DNA of 16,646 nucleotides from Polyangiaceae bacterium (GTDB lineage: Bacteria; Myxococcota_A; Polyangia; Polyangiales; Polyangiaceae), in NCBI GenBank assembly GCA_044222475.1, contig JBGANF010000158.1, forward strand, positions 1-16,646, written 5' to 3'. This document shows, in pieces, positions 7,868-16,203 of this stretch. The notes below the pieces were generated by a model that was not told the DNA's origin, did not search any database, and saw only the letters and a list, made by a program, of their open reading frames with translations. Within the stretch, counting starts at the first letter, position 1. Each line of letters begins with the position of its first letter. The position numbers and the translations under genes were made by a program.

Positions 7868-10059
7868 CGCGCGCCATGGAAGAAGAGGCAAAGACCGAGA
7901 CTCCGCCCGCGCCGTCCGCGCCGCTGGCGCCGCCGCCGCCGGAGCCGCCCGAGCCGAAGAAGCCCTACATCCAGAGCTTCCGCGGGTGGCTCCGCGACTA
8001 CTTCCTCGGCGAGGACCCGACCCTCAGCACCGCGCTAGTCCCCCTGTGCTTCCTGTCGATGGCGCTCTTCACCCGCAACCCGGTGAAGACGAACTTCATC
8101 TTCGACGAGCAGGAGGCGTTGCTCGCCAACCCGTACGTGCGTTCCGTCGCCGACCCGGCCTCGAAGATCGGCTGGATGGAGGCGTTCCACCGCGACTTCT
8201 GGGGCCTCACTCCCGATCGCACGATCGGCTCGTACCGCCCACTCCCCGATCTCGTGTGGCGTCTCCTCTGGGCGCTCGGCGCGCGCGATCAGACGCCGTT
8301 CCTGCACCACTGGGTGAACGTTCTCCTCCACGGATTGAACGGCGCGCTCATGGTCATGCTCATCCTCCGCTGGACGAAGGATCGGAAGACCGCGTGGCTC
8401 GCGGGCGCGATCTTCACCGCGTCGGCGGTGCTCACCGAAGCGATCGCCGGCGTCGTCGGTCTCGCCGACGTTCTCGGTACGCTCGGCGCGTTGCTCGCGC
8501 TCCTCTCGCTGCAGCTCAGCTTGCCGATCATGCCGTTCGCGCTCTTCGCCGCGACGCTCATCGGCCTCTACTCGAAGGAGAGCGCGCTCTGCATCGTGCC
8601 GCTGGTCCCGCTCGGAGCGCTCGTGCTCGCGCACCTGGACCACCCGAAGAAGCCGCTGCGCTTCGTGCGAATGCTCGTCGCGCTCATCGCGACGATGGGC
8701 GCCTTCGTCCTCTACGTCGAGGCGCGGAAGAAGATGTTCCCCACGTCCACCCCGACCGAGCTGCTCCCCGCGGCCGACGTCGGCAAAGGACACGCGACGA
8801 AGTTCTTCCACGCGTTGCTCCGCTGGTACGCGCAGCCGGGCCTGCCCAAGGACCCGCTGAACAACCCGCTCGTCGACGCGTCACCGTCGTTCCGAATCGC
8901 GGGCGCGCTCCGCGTGTACTTCCGCGGCATCGGGCAGGTGCTCGTCCCGATCACGCTGTCCGGCGACTACTCGGCCCCCCAAGAGCCGATCCCCACGTCA
9001 CGCGTCTTCCCCGAGAGCATCCTCGGGTCACTGCTCCTGATCGGTCCGCCGATCGTGGCCGTCATCGCGACGGTGCGCACGCTGCTCCGCGATCGCAAGA
9101 AGCACATCCGCGTCGAGCGCGAGCTCCTCGCCAGCGACGACCCGGGGCTCGCCGTCATCCCGAATCGGCCCGATCGCGCGCGCGACTACCGCGCCCCGAT
9201 CATCGCGCTCGCGTGCATGTGGGTCATCGTCAGCTACTTCCCGGTGTCGAACATCCCGATCGTGCTGCCGACCGTGCGCGCCGAGCGCTTCTGGTACTTC
9301 CCGGTCATCGGGTCGAGCATGCTCCTCGCGCTCCTCTTCGCGAGCGCGTTCGAGAAGTGGAAAGCGGCCAAGAAGATCCCGGTCGCGCTCGTCGGCTTCG
9401 GCCTCTTCCTCGTGTTCTACGCGTACTCGTGGAAGTTCCACTACGTCGGCTACTTCGATCACGGCGTGCTCGGCGTGCTCTTCGTGCTCGCCGTCGTCGA
9501 GGCGATCCGGAAGTGGCGCATGCCGATCGCCCCCGCGATCTTCGTCCTGTTCCTCGTGTTCCAGGCAGTCTCGGCCCGGCGGCACGCGAACGACTACTCC
9601 GACGACCTCGTCTTCTGGGACGCGACGCGCAAGGCCGTGCCCAACAGCTCCAAGGCGCACCTCAACTACTCCGTCATGCAGGGCGCGCGCGGCAACATGG
9701 AGGAGCGCCGGGTCGCGAACATGCGCGCGCTCGAGCTCGCGCCGGAGTGGCCGATGGCGAGCGTCTACCTCGGCGACACTCTGTGTCGAATGCACCGACC
9801 CGCCGAAGCGTGGCCGCACTACCAGCGCGGGTTCGACCTCGGACCGAACGACATCAACCTGATCGCGCTCGGTCTCCAGTGCCTCTGGGACGAGGGCTAC
9901 TTCGAGACGGTGAAGCAGGACCTCGCGACGCTCGGCACGGCGCACCCGGGATCGTGGCTGAACTTCCTCCAGGACGACATGGCGCTCAACGGAGCGACCC
10001 ACAACGGAGTCGACCCGAAGTACCGCCCGCGCGGCTACAACGAAGGCCCCAAGGAGTAG
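7864..10059 (+). CDS. TMTC-like multi-pass membrane glycosyltransferase (GT-C fold, DUF1736-type) with C-terminal TPR-like repeats
   Basis: NFIFDEQEALLANP, FHRDFWG, SYRPL, HWVNVLLHG, TEAIAGVVGLAD, SKESA, LSGDYS, AERFWYFP, LVFWDAT and PNSSKAHLN occur in the order of TMTC-family motifs, with many hydrophobic helices. GTGA overlap with the SDR stop (alternative start ATG 7876). Confidence 0.8.
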   Translation: MTRAMEEEAKTETPPAPSAPLAPPPPEPPEPKKPYIQSFRGWLRDYFLGEDPTLSTALVPLCFLSMALFTRNPVKTNFIFDEQEALLANPYVRSVADPASKIGWMEAFHRDFWGLTPDRTIGSYRPLPDLVWRLLWALGARDQTPFLHHWVNVLLHGLNGALMVMLILRWTKDRKTAWLAGAIFTASAVLTEAIAGVVGLADVLGTLGALLALLSLQLSLPIMPFALFAATLIGLYSKESALCIVPLVPLGALVLAHLDHPKKPLRFVRMLVALIATMGAFVLYVEARKKMFPTSTPTELLPAADVGKGHATKFFHALLRWYAQPGLPKDPLNNPLVDASPSFRIAGALRVYFRGIGQVLVPITLSGDYSAPQEPIPTSRVFPESILGSLLLIGPPIVAVIATVRTLLRDRKKHIRVERELLASDDPGLAVIPNRPDRARDYRAPIIALACMWVIVSYFPVSNIPIVLPTVRAERFWYFPVIGSSMLLALLFASAFEKWKAAKKIPVALVGFGLFLVFYAYSWKFHYVGYFDHGVLGVLFVLAVVEAIRKWRMPIAPAIFVLFLVFQAVSARRHANDYSDDLVFWDATRKAVPNSSKAHLNYSVMQGARGNMEERRVANMRALELAPEWPMASVYLGDTLCRMHRPAEAWPHYQRGFDLGPNDINLIALGLQCLWDEGYFETVKQDLATLGTAHPGSWLNFLQDDMALNGATHNGVDPKYRPRGYNEGPKE

Positions 10060-10088
10060 GGCTCGGCCCTCGCTACGCCCTCGAAGAG

Positions 10089-10207
10089 AACCGCAAGGAC
10101 GAGGAGAGCGCGAGGACGCAAGGAAAAGGAGAGAGGTGGTGCTCGTTGCAGCGTGCGCCCAACCCTGCTCCTCCTTGCGTCCTAGCGTTCTCCTCGTCCT
10201 TGCGGTT
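10089..10207. repeat. Intergenic inverted repeat: 36-bp arms (34/36 match) around a 47-bp spacer
   Basis: Left arm 10089-10124 is AACCGCAAGGACGAGGAGAGCGCGAGGACGCAAGGA. The reverse complement of 10172-10207 is AACCGCAAGGACGAGGAGAACGCTAGGACGCAAGGA. It lies between convergent genes. Confidence 0.92.
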
Positions 10208-10243
10208 GTCTCCGAGGCGGCAACGAGGCAGTCCGGGGTGCTC

Positions 10244-10849
10244 CTACATGAACGACACACCGATCGAGAAGAAGGTCGGATAGCCAACCCTCATCGTCAA
10301 CGCGACGTGATCGTTGAACAGGTAGCGAGCCCCGAAGTTGACCCAGGGCGTGACGCTGAAGCGAGTCGGTTGCACGCGGAAGCGGATGCAGTTCTGGTAA
10401 TCCGCCGGCGGCACGTTGTCGCAGGGGTCGGTGTACGTCCCGTAGTAGGGCGCGAAGCCCGGCTCGGCCATCACCACCCAGTGCTTCGTCAGGTAGAAGT
10501 TCCACTGGAGCGCGACCGGAAAGTAGAAGTAGTTCGCCGAGCAGCCGTAGTTCTGGAACCGGTAGTAGCAGGCCTCGTAGTGCATCCAGTCCGCGCCGAA
10601 CGAGATGGCGGGGACGTTGTTGATCTTCGGGACGAACCCGTTGTCCATGAACGGGATCGAGATACGTACGCCGGCGCCGAAGCCGAACGAGCCGTAGCCG
10701 ATGAAGTCCCAGCCGATGTGGCCGTGCGGCTCGACCTCGATCACGTACTTCGGGTGGTCACCGGGGTTGCGGATCGTGCTGTCCGCGAGGGAGGTGACGG
10801 GGACCAACAGCGCAAAGACGACGACGACGAGGATCTTGAGCGCTTTCAT
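10244..10849 (-). CDS. Putative small outer-membrane beta-barrel protein
   Basis: Signal peptide (MKALKILVVVVFALLVPVTSLA), aromatic/Gly-rich amphipathic strands (FGFGAGVRISIP, FPVALQWNFYL, VNFGARYLF) and C-terminal FSIGVSFM. Confidence 0.75.
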   Translation of the reverse strand: MKALKILVVVVFALLVPVTSLADSTIRNPGDHPKYVIEVEPHGHIGWDFIGYGSFGFGAGVRISIPFMDNGFVPKINNVPAISFGADWMHYEACYYRFQNYGCSANYFYFPVALQWNFYLTKHWVVMAEPGFAPYYGTYTDPCDNVPPADYQNCIRFRVQPTRFSVTPWVNFGARYLFNDHVALTMRVGYPTFFSIGVSFM

Positions 10850-10876
10850 CCCACCGATGCTCTCACGGAGCGTCGC

Positions 10877-12358
10877 TCAGGACAACTCGGCGGTGTGTGC
10901 ATGTCCCACATTGGGACGAACAGGCCGAATCTTCTCGCGATCACGCACGGCGTCGAGGCTGGTCGCGCCCGCGCTCTTCACCGGCAGGTGATGGAACGAC
11001 GTCGTGGCGTAGAACATCCGGTAGTGGAAGAAGTTCTTCTGCACGATCACGTCGGCCTTGCGGGCCGAGAGGCCGACCTCCTCCCAGAAGCGCGGGTGGA
11101 TCGGGAGCGGCGGCGAAGCCGCGACGACCACGTGCAGCTTGCCCGCGTCCAGGCGGACGACGCGCCCGAGCTCGCCGTCCGCACGCGCGGACACGACGAC
11201 GTCGAGCGGGACCGCCGGCATGTCGTAGCCCGGCGTGCCGCGAAGGACGACGGAGCGGCGCGATCCGAGCGGCGCATCCCAGAGCTCCTTCACCAGCGCC
11301 GGATCGTGCACCGGGACGTACGCCTCGAGATCGCGCCCGCTCTCGAGGAGGGCGCGAACGATGTGCGTGTTTCCTCCCGGCGCGCCCGCGCCCACGATGT
11401 CGCTGGTGTCGACGAAGGTGACCGGACCAAGGCGCCGGCGGAAGCTCTTCCGCGTGGTCTCGATCGCGGTTCCGACGTCGACCAGATCCGGGATCGGGGT
11501 CTTCCCCGCTTCGAGCGCGCGCGCCGACAGGCGCTCGAGCACTTCGTTGGCGAGGTCCGCGTCGCCGTCGGTCGTCACGTGGACCGCCCAGCCGAGCTTC
11601 TCGGCGTTGGTGTAGGGGTGCACCATGAAGAGGCTCGCGGAGATCACGCGGGGATCGTCCTCGGCGGCGCGCAGCTCGCGGAAGACCGCGCGCATCGGCT
11701 TCAGGAAATCGATCGTGGTCCCGCCGCCGAGGATCAGCGGAAGCTTCTTCCACGCGTGGACCGGGCGAATTTCGCCGCGGATCGCGCGGAGCAGGCGACG
11801 GCCGGCGCGGAACCCAGTCGGCGCGAGATCCCAGTGCGGGTTCGTGCGGTAGGCGACGAGCACGTCGACCGGATCGACGAGGCCCGCGCTGAGGTTCGCG
11901 TGGAGGTCGTAGCTCACGGCGATCTTGGTCTTCGGGCCGACGAGCGCGCGCACCTTGCGCAAGAGCGCGGCCTCGGGCGCCTCGTCGAGGCCTTCGACCT
12001 GCATGGACCCGTGCAGCGCGAGGTACAGCCCGTCGAGCGGGAGCGCGGCCTCGATGCGACCGAGCATCCGGCGCTCGAGCTCGTCGAAGCACTCGCGCGT
12101 CAGCGGTCCGCCCGGCACCGAGAACGCGGACTCGAGCGGGATCGTGGTCACGTCGGCGAGGCGCACCGCCTGACGAAACCCAGTGAGCTCCGCGTGCTTC
12201 ATGAACGACGCGAGCTCGGTGCCGCGCAGCGTGGTCGCCTTCGCGAGCTCCTCGCCCTTCAGGTAGTGCATGCGATCGAAGTCGGCCATCTCGGTCGGGA
12301 GCGGCGAGTAGGCGTTCGCTTCGTGGAAAATGCGCCCGTAGGCGATGCGCAGCGTCAT
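10877..12358 (-). CDS. M81 family metallopeptidase (MlrC-like)
   Basis: FHEANAYSP, LALHGSM, YDLHAN and YRTNPHWD match MlrC-family motifs. Start set at ATG 12358, which forms an ATGA overlap with the TetR stop. Confidence 0.88.
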   Translation of the reverse strand: MTLRIAYGRIFHEANAYSPLPTEMADFDRMHYLKGEELAKATTLRGTELASFMKHAELTGFRQAVRLADVTTIPLESAFSVPGGPLTRECFDELERRMLGRIEAALPLDGLYLALHGSMQVEGLDEAPEAALLRKVRALVGPKTKIAVSYDLHANLSAGLVDPVDVLVAYRTNPHWDLAPTGFRAGRRLLRAIRGEIRPVHAWKKLPLILGGGTTIDFLKPMRAVFRELRAAEDDPRVISASLFMVHPYTNAEKLGWAVHVTTDGDADLANEVLERLSARALEAGKTPIPDLVDVGTAIETTRKSFRRRLGPVTFVDTSDIVGAGAPGGNTHIVRALLESGRDLEAYVPVHDPALVKELWDAPLGSRRSVVLRGTPGYDMPAVPLDVVVSARADGELGRVVRLDAGKLHVVVAASPPLPIHPRFWEEVGLSARKADVIVQKNFFHYRMFYATTSFHHLPVKSAGATSLDAVRDREKIRPVRPNVGHAHTAELS

Positions 12359-12969
12359 GAGGCCCTCTTCTTCTTCTTTTCGGTCTTCTTGAGCGGAGCG
12401 AGGATGCGCTCCCAAATCATCTGGTAGACGGGCTCGAGCGGCTCGCGCGTCGTCACCCGTTGGATCGTGAGCCCGTCGATGAGGGCGCGGAGGAGCGAGA
12501 TCAGCGCGCGCGCGTCGCACGGCTCCACCAGGCCTTCTTCGATCCCGCGTTCGACGCGAGCGACCATCGCTCGCCGATCGAGGTCGAAGAAATCCGACGC
12601 GCGCTTCACGATCTCGACCGCGCGAGGACCACCGGCGACGGCCACCGCCTGGCTCAGGAACAACATGCGAGCTTCGCGACCGCGGTGGAACTCGGCGATG
12701 GCGAGGAGCCGCGCGTAGAGGCGATCGATCGGGTGGCTGTGCTTCTCGACCCGGGTCTCGACGAACGCCATCTGCTCGGCGAGCAGCGTCGCGAGCACGG
12801 TCTCGATGACGTGGGTGTGGGTGGGAAAGTGGTAGATGAGCGTCGGCCGCTTCACGCCGATCGCGCGCGCGAGCTGCTCGGTGGAGATCCCGAGGCCCTC
12901 GCGCTCGAGCACCGCGACCGCGCGCTCGGCGATCTCGGCGCGTTTCCCGATCTCACGCGGCCGCGCCAA
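12355..12969 (-). CDS. TetR/AcrR family transcriptional regulator
   Basis: MARPR...IAERAVAVLEREGLGISTEQLARAIGVKRPTLIYHFPT is a TetR helix-turn-helix. TTG start with AAGGAG upstream, overlapping the SDR 3' end. Confidence 0.92.
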   Translation of the reverse strand: MARPREIGKRAEIAERAVAVLEREGLGISTEQLARAIGVKRPTLIYHFPTHTHVIETVLATLLAEQMAFVETRVEKHSHPIDRLYARLLAIAEFHRGREARMLFLSQAVAVAGGPRAVEIVKRASDFFDLDRRAMVARVERGIEEGLVEPCDARALISLLRALIDGLTIQRVTTREPLEPVYQMIWERILAPLKKTEKKKKRAS

Positions 12970-13798
12970 GGGGCATCTCCTTCTTGCGCGCGTCCTCGAC
13001 CGCGCGGACGCTGAAGTCCCAGAGCTCGGACGCGAGGTCCTCGCGCAGCGCGGCCGGGTTTGCGTCGCGCGCCTTCATCTTGTCGAAGTAGAGCGGCGTC
13101 GATGCATCCAGCGGGATCGTCGCGGCGTGCACCAGCGTGGCTCCGCCGTCGGCCACCGGCTTCATCCGCAGCGCGAGCATCAGGATCGGGCGAAACGGCC
13201 AAGGGATGCGGCGCCAGATGTCGCTCGCGATTCGCCCGGGGTTCAGCGAGACGGCGCCGATCTTCGGGTAGCGCCGGCGCAGCTCGGCGGTGAAGAGCAC
13301 GTTCGCGAGCTTCGACACGCCGTACTCGGGCAGACCCGTGCCGCGCGCCTTCGTGCGGAGCCGCGCGAATGGCACGTCGTCGACCTTGTAGTGGTTGCCG
13401 CTGGCGACGACGACGACTCGGCCGCCCGACTTCTCGAGCAGCGGCAAGAGCGGCAGCGTGAACGCGAAGTGCCCGAGGTGGTTCACGCCGAAGGTGAGCT
13501 CCCAGCCGTCCGCGGTGAGACCGTGCGCGCCGGCAAGGCCCGCGTTGTCGATGAGGACGTCGAGGCGGTCGTGCTCGCGAGCGAAGCGCTCTCCGGCGCG
13601 CGCAGCACCGTCGAGGCTGGTGAGGTCGAGCGCGAGAAAGCTCGCCTCGGCGCCCGCGGCGCGGACCGCGTCGAGCACCGGCGCGGTCTTCGCCTCCGAG
13701 CGGCACGCGAGGACGAGGTGGACACCAGGCGACGCGAGCGCGACGGCTGCGGCGGCGCCGATGCCGGTGTTGGCTCCAGTGATGAGGATGGTCTTCAT
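12953..13798 (-). CDS. SDR oxidoreductase (retinol dehydrogenase/WWOX-like subgroup)
   Basis: LITGANTGIG, LACRS, LDLTSL, DNAG, TFGVNHLGHF and the catalytic YGVSK (YxxxK). Start reassigned to ATG 13798. Confidence 0.92.
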   Translation of the reverse strand: MKTILITGANTGIGAAAAVALASPGVHLVLACRSEAKTAPVLDAVRAAGAEASFLALDLTSLDGAARAGERFAREHDRLDVLIDNAGLAGAHGLTADGWELTFGVNHLGHFAFTLPLLPLLEKSGGRVVVVASGNHYKVDDVPFARLRTKARGTGLPEYGVSKLANVLFTAELRRRYPKIGAVSLNPGRIASDIWRRIPWPFRPILMLALRMKPVADGGATLVHAATIPLDASTPLYFDKMKARDANPAALREDLASELWDFSVRAVEDARKKEMPLGAAA

Positions 13799-13801
13799 TG
13801 C

Positions 13802-13839
13802 TGACGAATCGTCAAATAACATTTCCTGACGATTCGTCA
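13802..13839. promoter_or_regulatory. Two perfect palindromic operators TGACGA-W-TCGTCA (13802-13814 and 13827-13839) overlapping a candidate promoter
   Basis: Read directly: cTGACGAATCGTCAaataacatttccTGACGATTCGTCAa. Minus-strand TTGACG (-35-like) at 13840-13835 with an AT-rich spacer. The proximal site ends 3 nt from the ATG. Confidence 0.85.
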
Positions 13840-13868
13840 AGTCGGACCGAGACGATTTCTCGGCCGCG

Positions 13869-14345
13869 TCACTTCGGGCGCGAGATGGGTCCGAGCGTCG
13901 CCTTCGCGACCCGCACGTAGTGCTTCGGATCCAGCAGGATCTGCGTCCCTCGGACCCCGGCGGACACGCTGATGATCGCGTGGCCGAGGATGCTCTCGTC
14001 CGCGTAGACGGGATACGCCTTCTTGCACCCGAAGACCGTGACGCCGCCGCGGATGTAACCGGTCAGCGGCTCGACCTCCTTCAGTCCGACGGTGTCGACC
14101 TTCTTGTCGCCGGACAACCGCGCGAGCGCCTTGGGATCGAGCTCGGCGTTCCCGGCCACGACCGCGAGGCACACGCCGCGGCGATCGCCGCGCGCGACGA
14201 GGGTCTTGTAGACCTGCTCCGGCGGGAGCCCGACCTTGCGCGCGACGGTCTCGGCGGCGAGATCGGACTCGTCGACCTCGTACTCGCGGAGCTCGTACGC
14301 GACCTTCGCGGCGTCGAGGATGCGGGCGGCGTTCGTCTTCGGCAT
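13869..14345 (-). CDS. ybaK: Cys-tRNA(Pro) deacylase
   Basis: MPKTNAARILD, QVYKTLV (catalytic Lys), LDPKALA, LTGYIRGG, VSAGVRG. GAGGAGG RBS upstream of ATG 14345. Confidence 0.93.
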   Translation of the reverse strand: MPKTNAARILDAAKVAYELREYEVDESDLAAETVARKVGLPPEQVYKTLVARGDRRGVCLAVVAGNAELDPKALARLSGDKKVDTVGLKEVEPLTGYIRGGVTVFGCKKAYPVYADESILGHAIISVSAGVRGTQILLDPKHYVRVAKATLGPISRPK

Positions 14346-14392
14346 CGCCTCCTCTCTAGGGCGATGGCGCGGGACGTGCAACGATTCGGGCG

Positions 14393-15577
14393 ATGTTCGA
14401 TCTGACCCTCAGCGCGCTCGCCCCGACCGAGGCCGACGTCGAGGTCGTGGAGCACAAGGGGATCGGCCACCCCGACACGATGTGCGACGCGTTCGCCGAG
14501 TCGTTCGCGGTGAGCCTCGCGCGCTTCTACCGCGATCGCTTCGGCAAGATCCTGCACTTCAACGTCGACAAAGCGCTGCTCGTCGGCGGCGCGGCGAAGC
14601 CCGCGTTCGGGGGCGGGGAGGTCACGTCGCCGATTCAGGTGTTCCTGTCCGGTCGCGCCACGCGGGAGGTGAGCGGCGTGCGCGTGCCGGTCGACGAGAT
14701 CGCGCTCGACGCCGCGAAGGGCTGGGTTCGCGAGAACATGCACGCGCTCGATCCCGAGCGTCACGTGACGTGGCGTTGCCTCGTCGGCGGTGGGTCGGTC
14801 GACCTCGTGGACATCTTCGGGCAGAGCGAAGGGCCGCGGCTCGCGAACGACACGTCGATCGGCGTCGGTTACGCGCCGCTCTCGCCGCTCGAGCGAGCCG
14901 TGCTCGCCGCGGCCGACGTCCTGCGCGCCCTCGCTCGCACCGCGCGCGATGTGGGCGAAGACGTGAAGGTCATGGGCGTGCGCCGTCACGACGCGCTCTC
15001 GCTCACGGTCGCGTGTGCGTTCGTCGGCGCGCACCTCCGTGACGTCGACGCCTACGCGGAGGGGCGCGCGTTCGTGGCGCGCGCGGTCGCCGAGGCCGCG
15101 CGCCGAAGCGCAGGTCGCGACGTCTCGGTCGAAGTGAACACCGGCGACGACCTCGCCGCCGGGCGTGCGTTTCTGACCGTGACGGGAACGTCGGCCGAGG
15201 CTGGCGACGACGGCGAGGTCGGACGCGGAAACCGCGTGAACGGCCTCATCACGCCGGGTCGACCGATGTCGCTCGAAGCGGCGGCCGGGAAGAACGGGGT
15301 CACGCACGTCGGCAAGCTGTACAACGTGGCGGCGCACCGGATCGCCGCCGCGATCGTCGAGAACGTCGCTGCGGTCGCCGAGGCGCACTGCTTCCTCGTC
15401 AGTCGCATCGGCCATCCGATCGACGACCCGATGGTCGTCGACGTCCGGCTGCGCACGAACGACGGATCACCAGTCGACGGCGCGCGCGGGCGAGTGGAGG
15501 AGATCGTCCGCGATCACCTCGGGCGCTTCGGCGCGCTCGGTGACGAGATCCTCGAGCGCCGCGTGCGCCTCTACTGA
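14393..15577 (+). CDS. mat: Archaeal-type methionine adenosyltransferase (SAM synthetase)
   Basis: VVEHKGIGHPDTMCD, LHFNVDK, ANDTSIGVGYAPLSPLE, GEDVKVMG, TVTGTSAEAGDDGEVGRGNRVNGLITP and SLEAAAGKN...HVGKLYN are archaeal-family signatures. The bacterial MetK GAGDQG motif is absent. Confidence 0.92.
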   Translation: MFDLTLSALAPTEADVEVVEHKGIGHPDTMCDAFAESFAVSLARFYRDRFGKILHFNVDKALLVGGAAKPAFGGGEVTSPIQVFLSGRATREVSGVRVPVDEIALDAAKGWVRENMHALDPERHVTWRCLVGGGSVDLVDIFGQSEGPRLANDTSIGVGYAPLSPLERAVLAAADVLRALARTARDVGEDVKVMGVRRHDALSLTVACAFVGAHLRDVDAYAEGRAFVARAVAEAARRSAGRDVSVEVNTGDDLAAGRAFLTVTGTSAEAGDDGEVGRGNRVNGLITPGRPMSLEAAAGKNGVTHVGKLYNVAAHRIAAAIVENVAAVAEAHCFLVSRIGHPIDDPMVVDVRLRTNDGSPVDGARGRVEEIVRDHLGRFGALGDEILERRVRLY

Positions 15578-16050
15578 CCCCGCTTGACGTAGGTACCCAC
15601 GAGCGTCGCCTCGGCGAGGACGTGCCCGCGCATCGCGCGCTCGACCGCGGCCTTGTCGGGTTGTCCCAAATCGGGAAGCGTGGTGTCGAGCGCGTACAGC
15701 TTGTGGAAATAGCGGTGACGCCCGATGGGCGGGCACGGTCCGCGCCAGCCGACGTGCTTCCAGTCGTTGCGCCCTTCGCGCGCGCCGTCGGGCAGACCCT
15801 CGCGCGCCGCATCCTCCGGGAGTCCGGTGGCCGTCTTCGGGATGTCGTAGACGACCCAGTGGACCCACGTCATCTTCGGCGCATTCGGATCGGGCGCGTC
15901 GGGGTCGTCGACGATCAGCACGAGGCTCTTGGTGTTCGCCGGAACGCCGGACCACGCGAGCGGCGGCGACACGTCGACGCCCTCGCAGGTGTGCTTGGTG
16001 GGGATCGCCCCGTCGTGCTCGAAGCTCTCGGACGTGATTCGAAGCGTCAT
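15571..16050 (-). CDS. YbhB/YbcL family Raf-kinase-inhibitor-like (PEBP) protein
   Basis: From ATG 16050: HTCEGVDVSPPLAW, LIVDDPDAP, WVHWVVYDIP, GPCPPIGRHRYFHKLYALD. GGGAGG RBS. Its 3' end overlaps mat by 7 bp. Confidence 0.93.
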   Translation of the reverse strand: MTLRITSESFEHDGAIPTKHTCEGVDVSPPLAWSGVPANTKSLVLIVDDPDAPDPNAPKMTWVHWVVYDIPKTATGLPEDAAREGLPDGAREGRNDWKHVGWRGPCPPIGRHRYFHKLYALDTTLPDLGQPDKAAVERAMRGHVLAEATLVGTYVKRGQ

Positions 16051-16203
16051 CGTCGTTCCCTCCCGCGAGCGCTCATCCTGCGCGCGCGACGAAAAATGTG
16101 CACCCGCGGTCGTACCGGGCGGCCGAAATCCAGGCCACGCAGCTCGGTCGTAGCAAGTGCCGTGCGCAGGCGGGTTCCGGCAGGATTGCGCTAGATTGTC
16201 GTG

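Noticed and set aside
10058..10070. Small hairpin AGGGC-TCG-GCCCT at the TMTC-like stop
   Set aside because: 5-bp stem and no U-tract; insufficient for a terminator call.
10877..12358. Microcystin degradation pathway
   Set aside because: Only an MlrC-family gene is present. No mlrA, mlrB or mlrD is in the window, and the family is widespread.
16152..16168. Sigma-54-like motif on the minus strand upstream of the ybhB-like gene (TGCGCACGGCACTTGCT)
   Set aside because: The -12 TTGC and GCACG match, but the near-invariant -24 GG is CG, so it is not supportable without TSS data.
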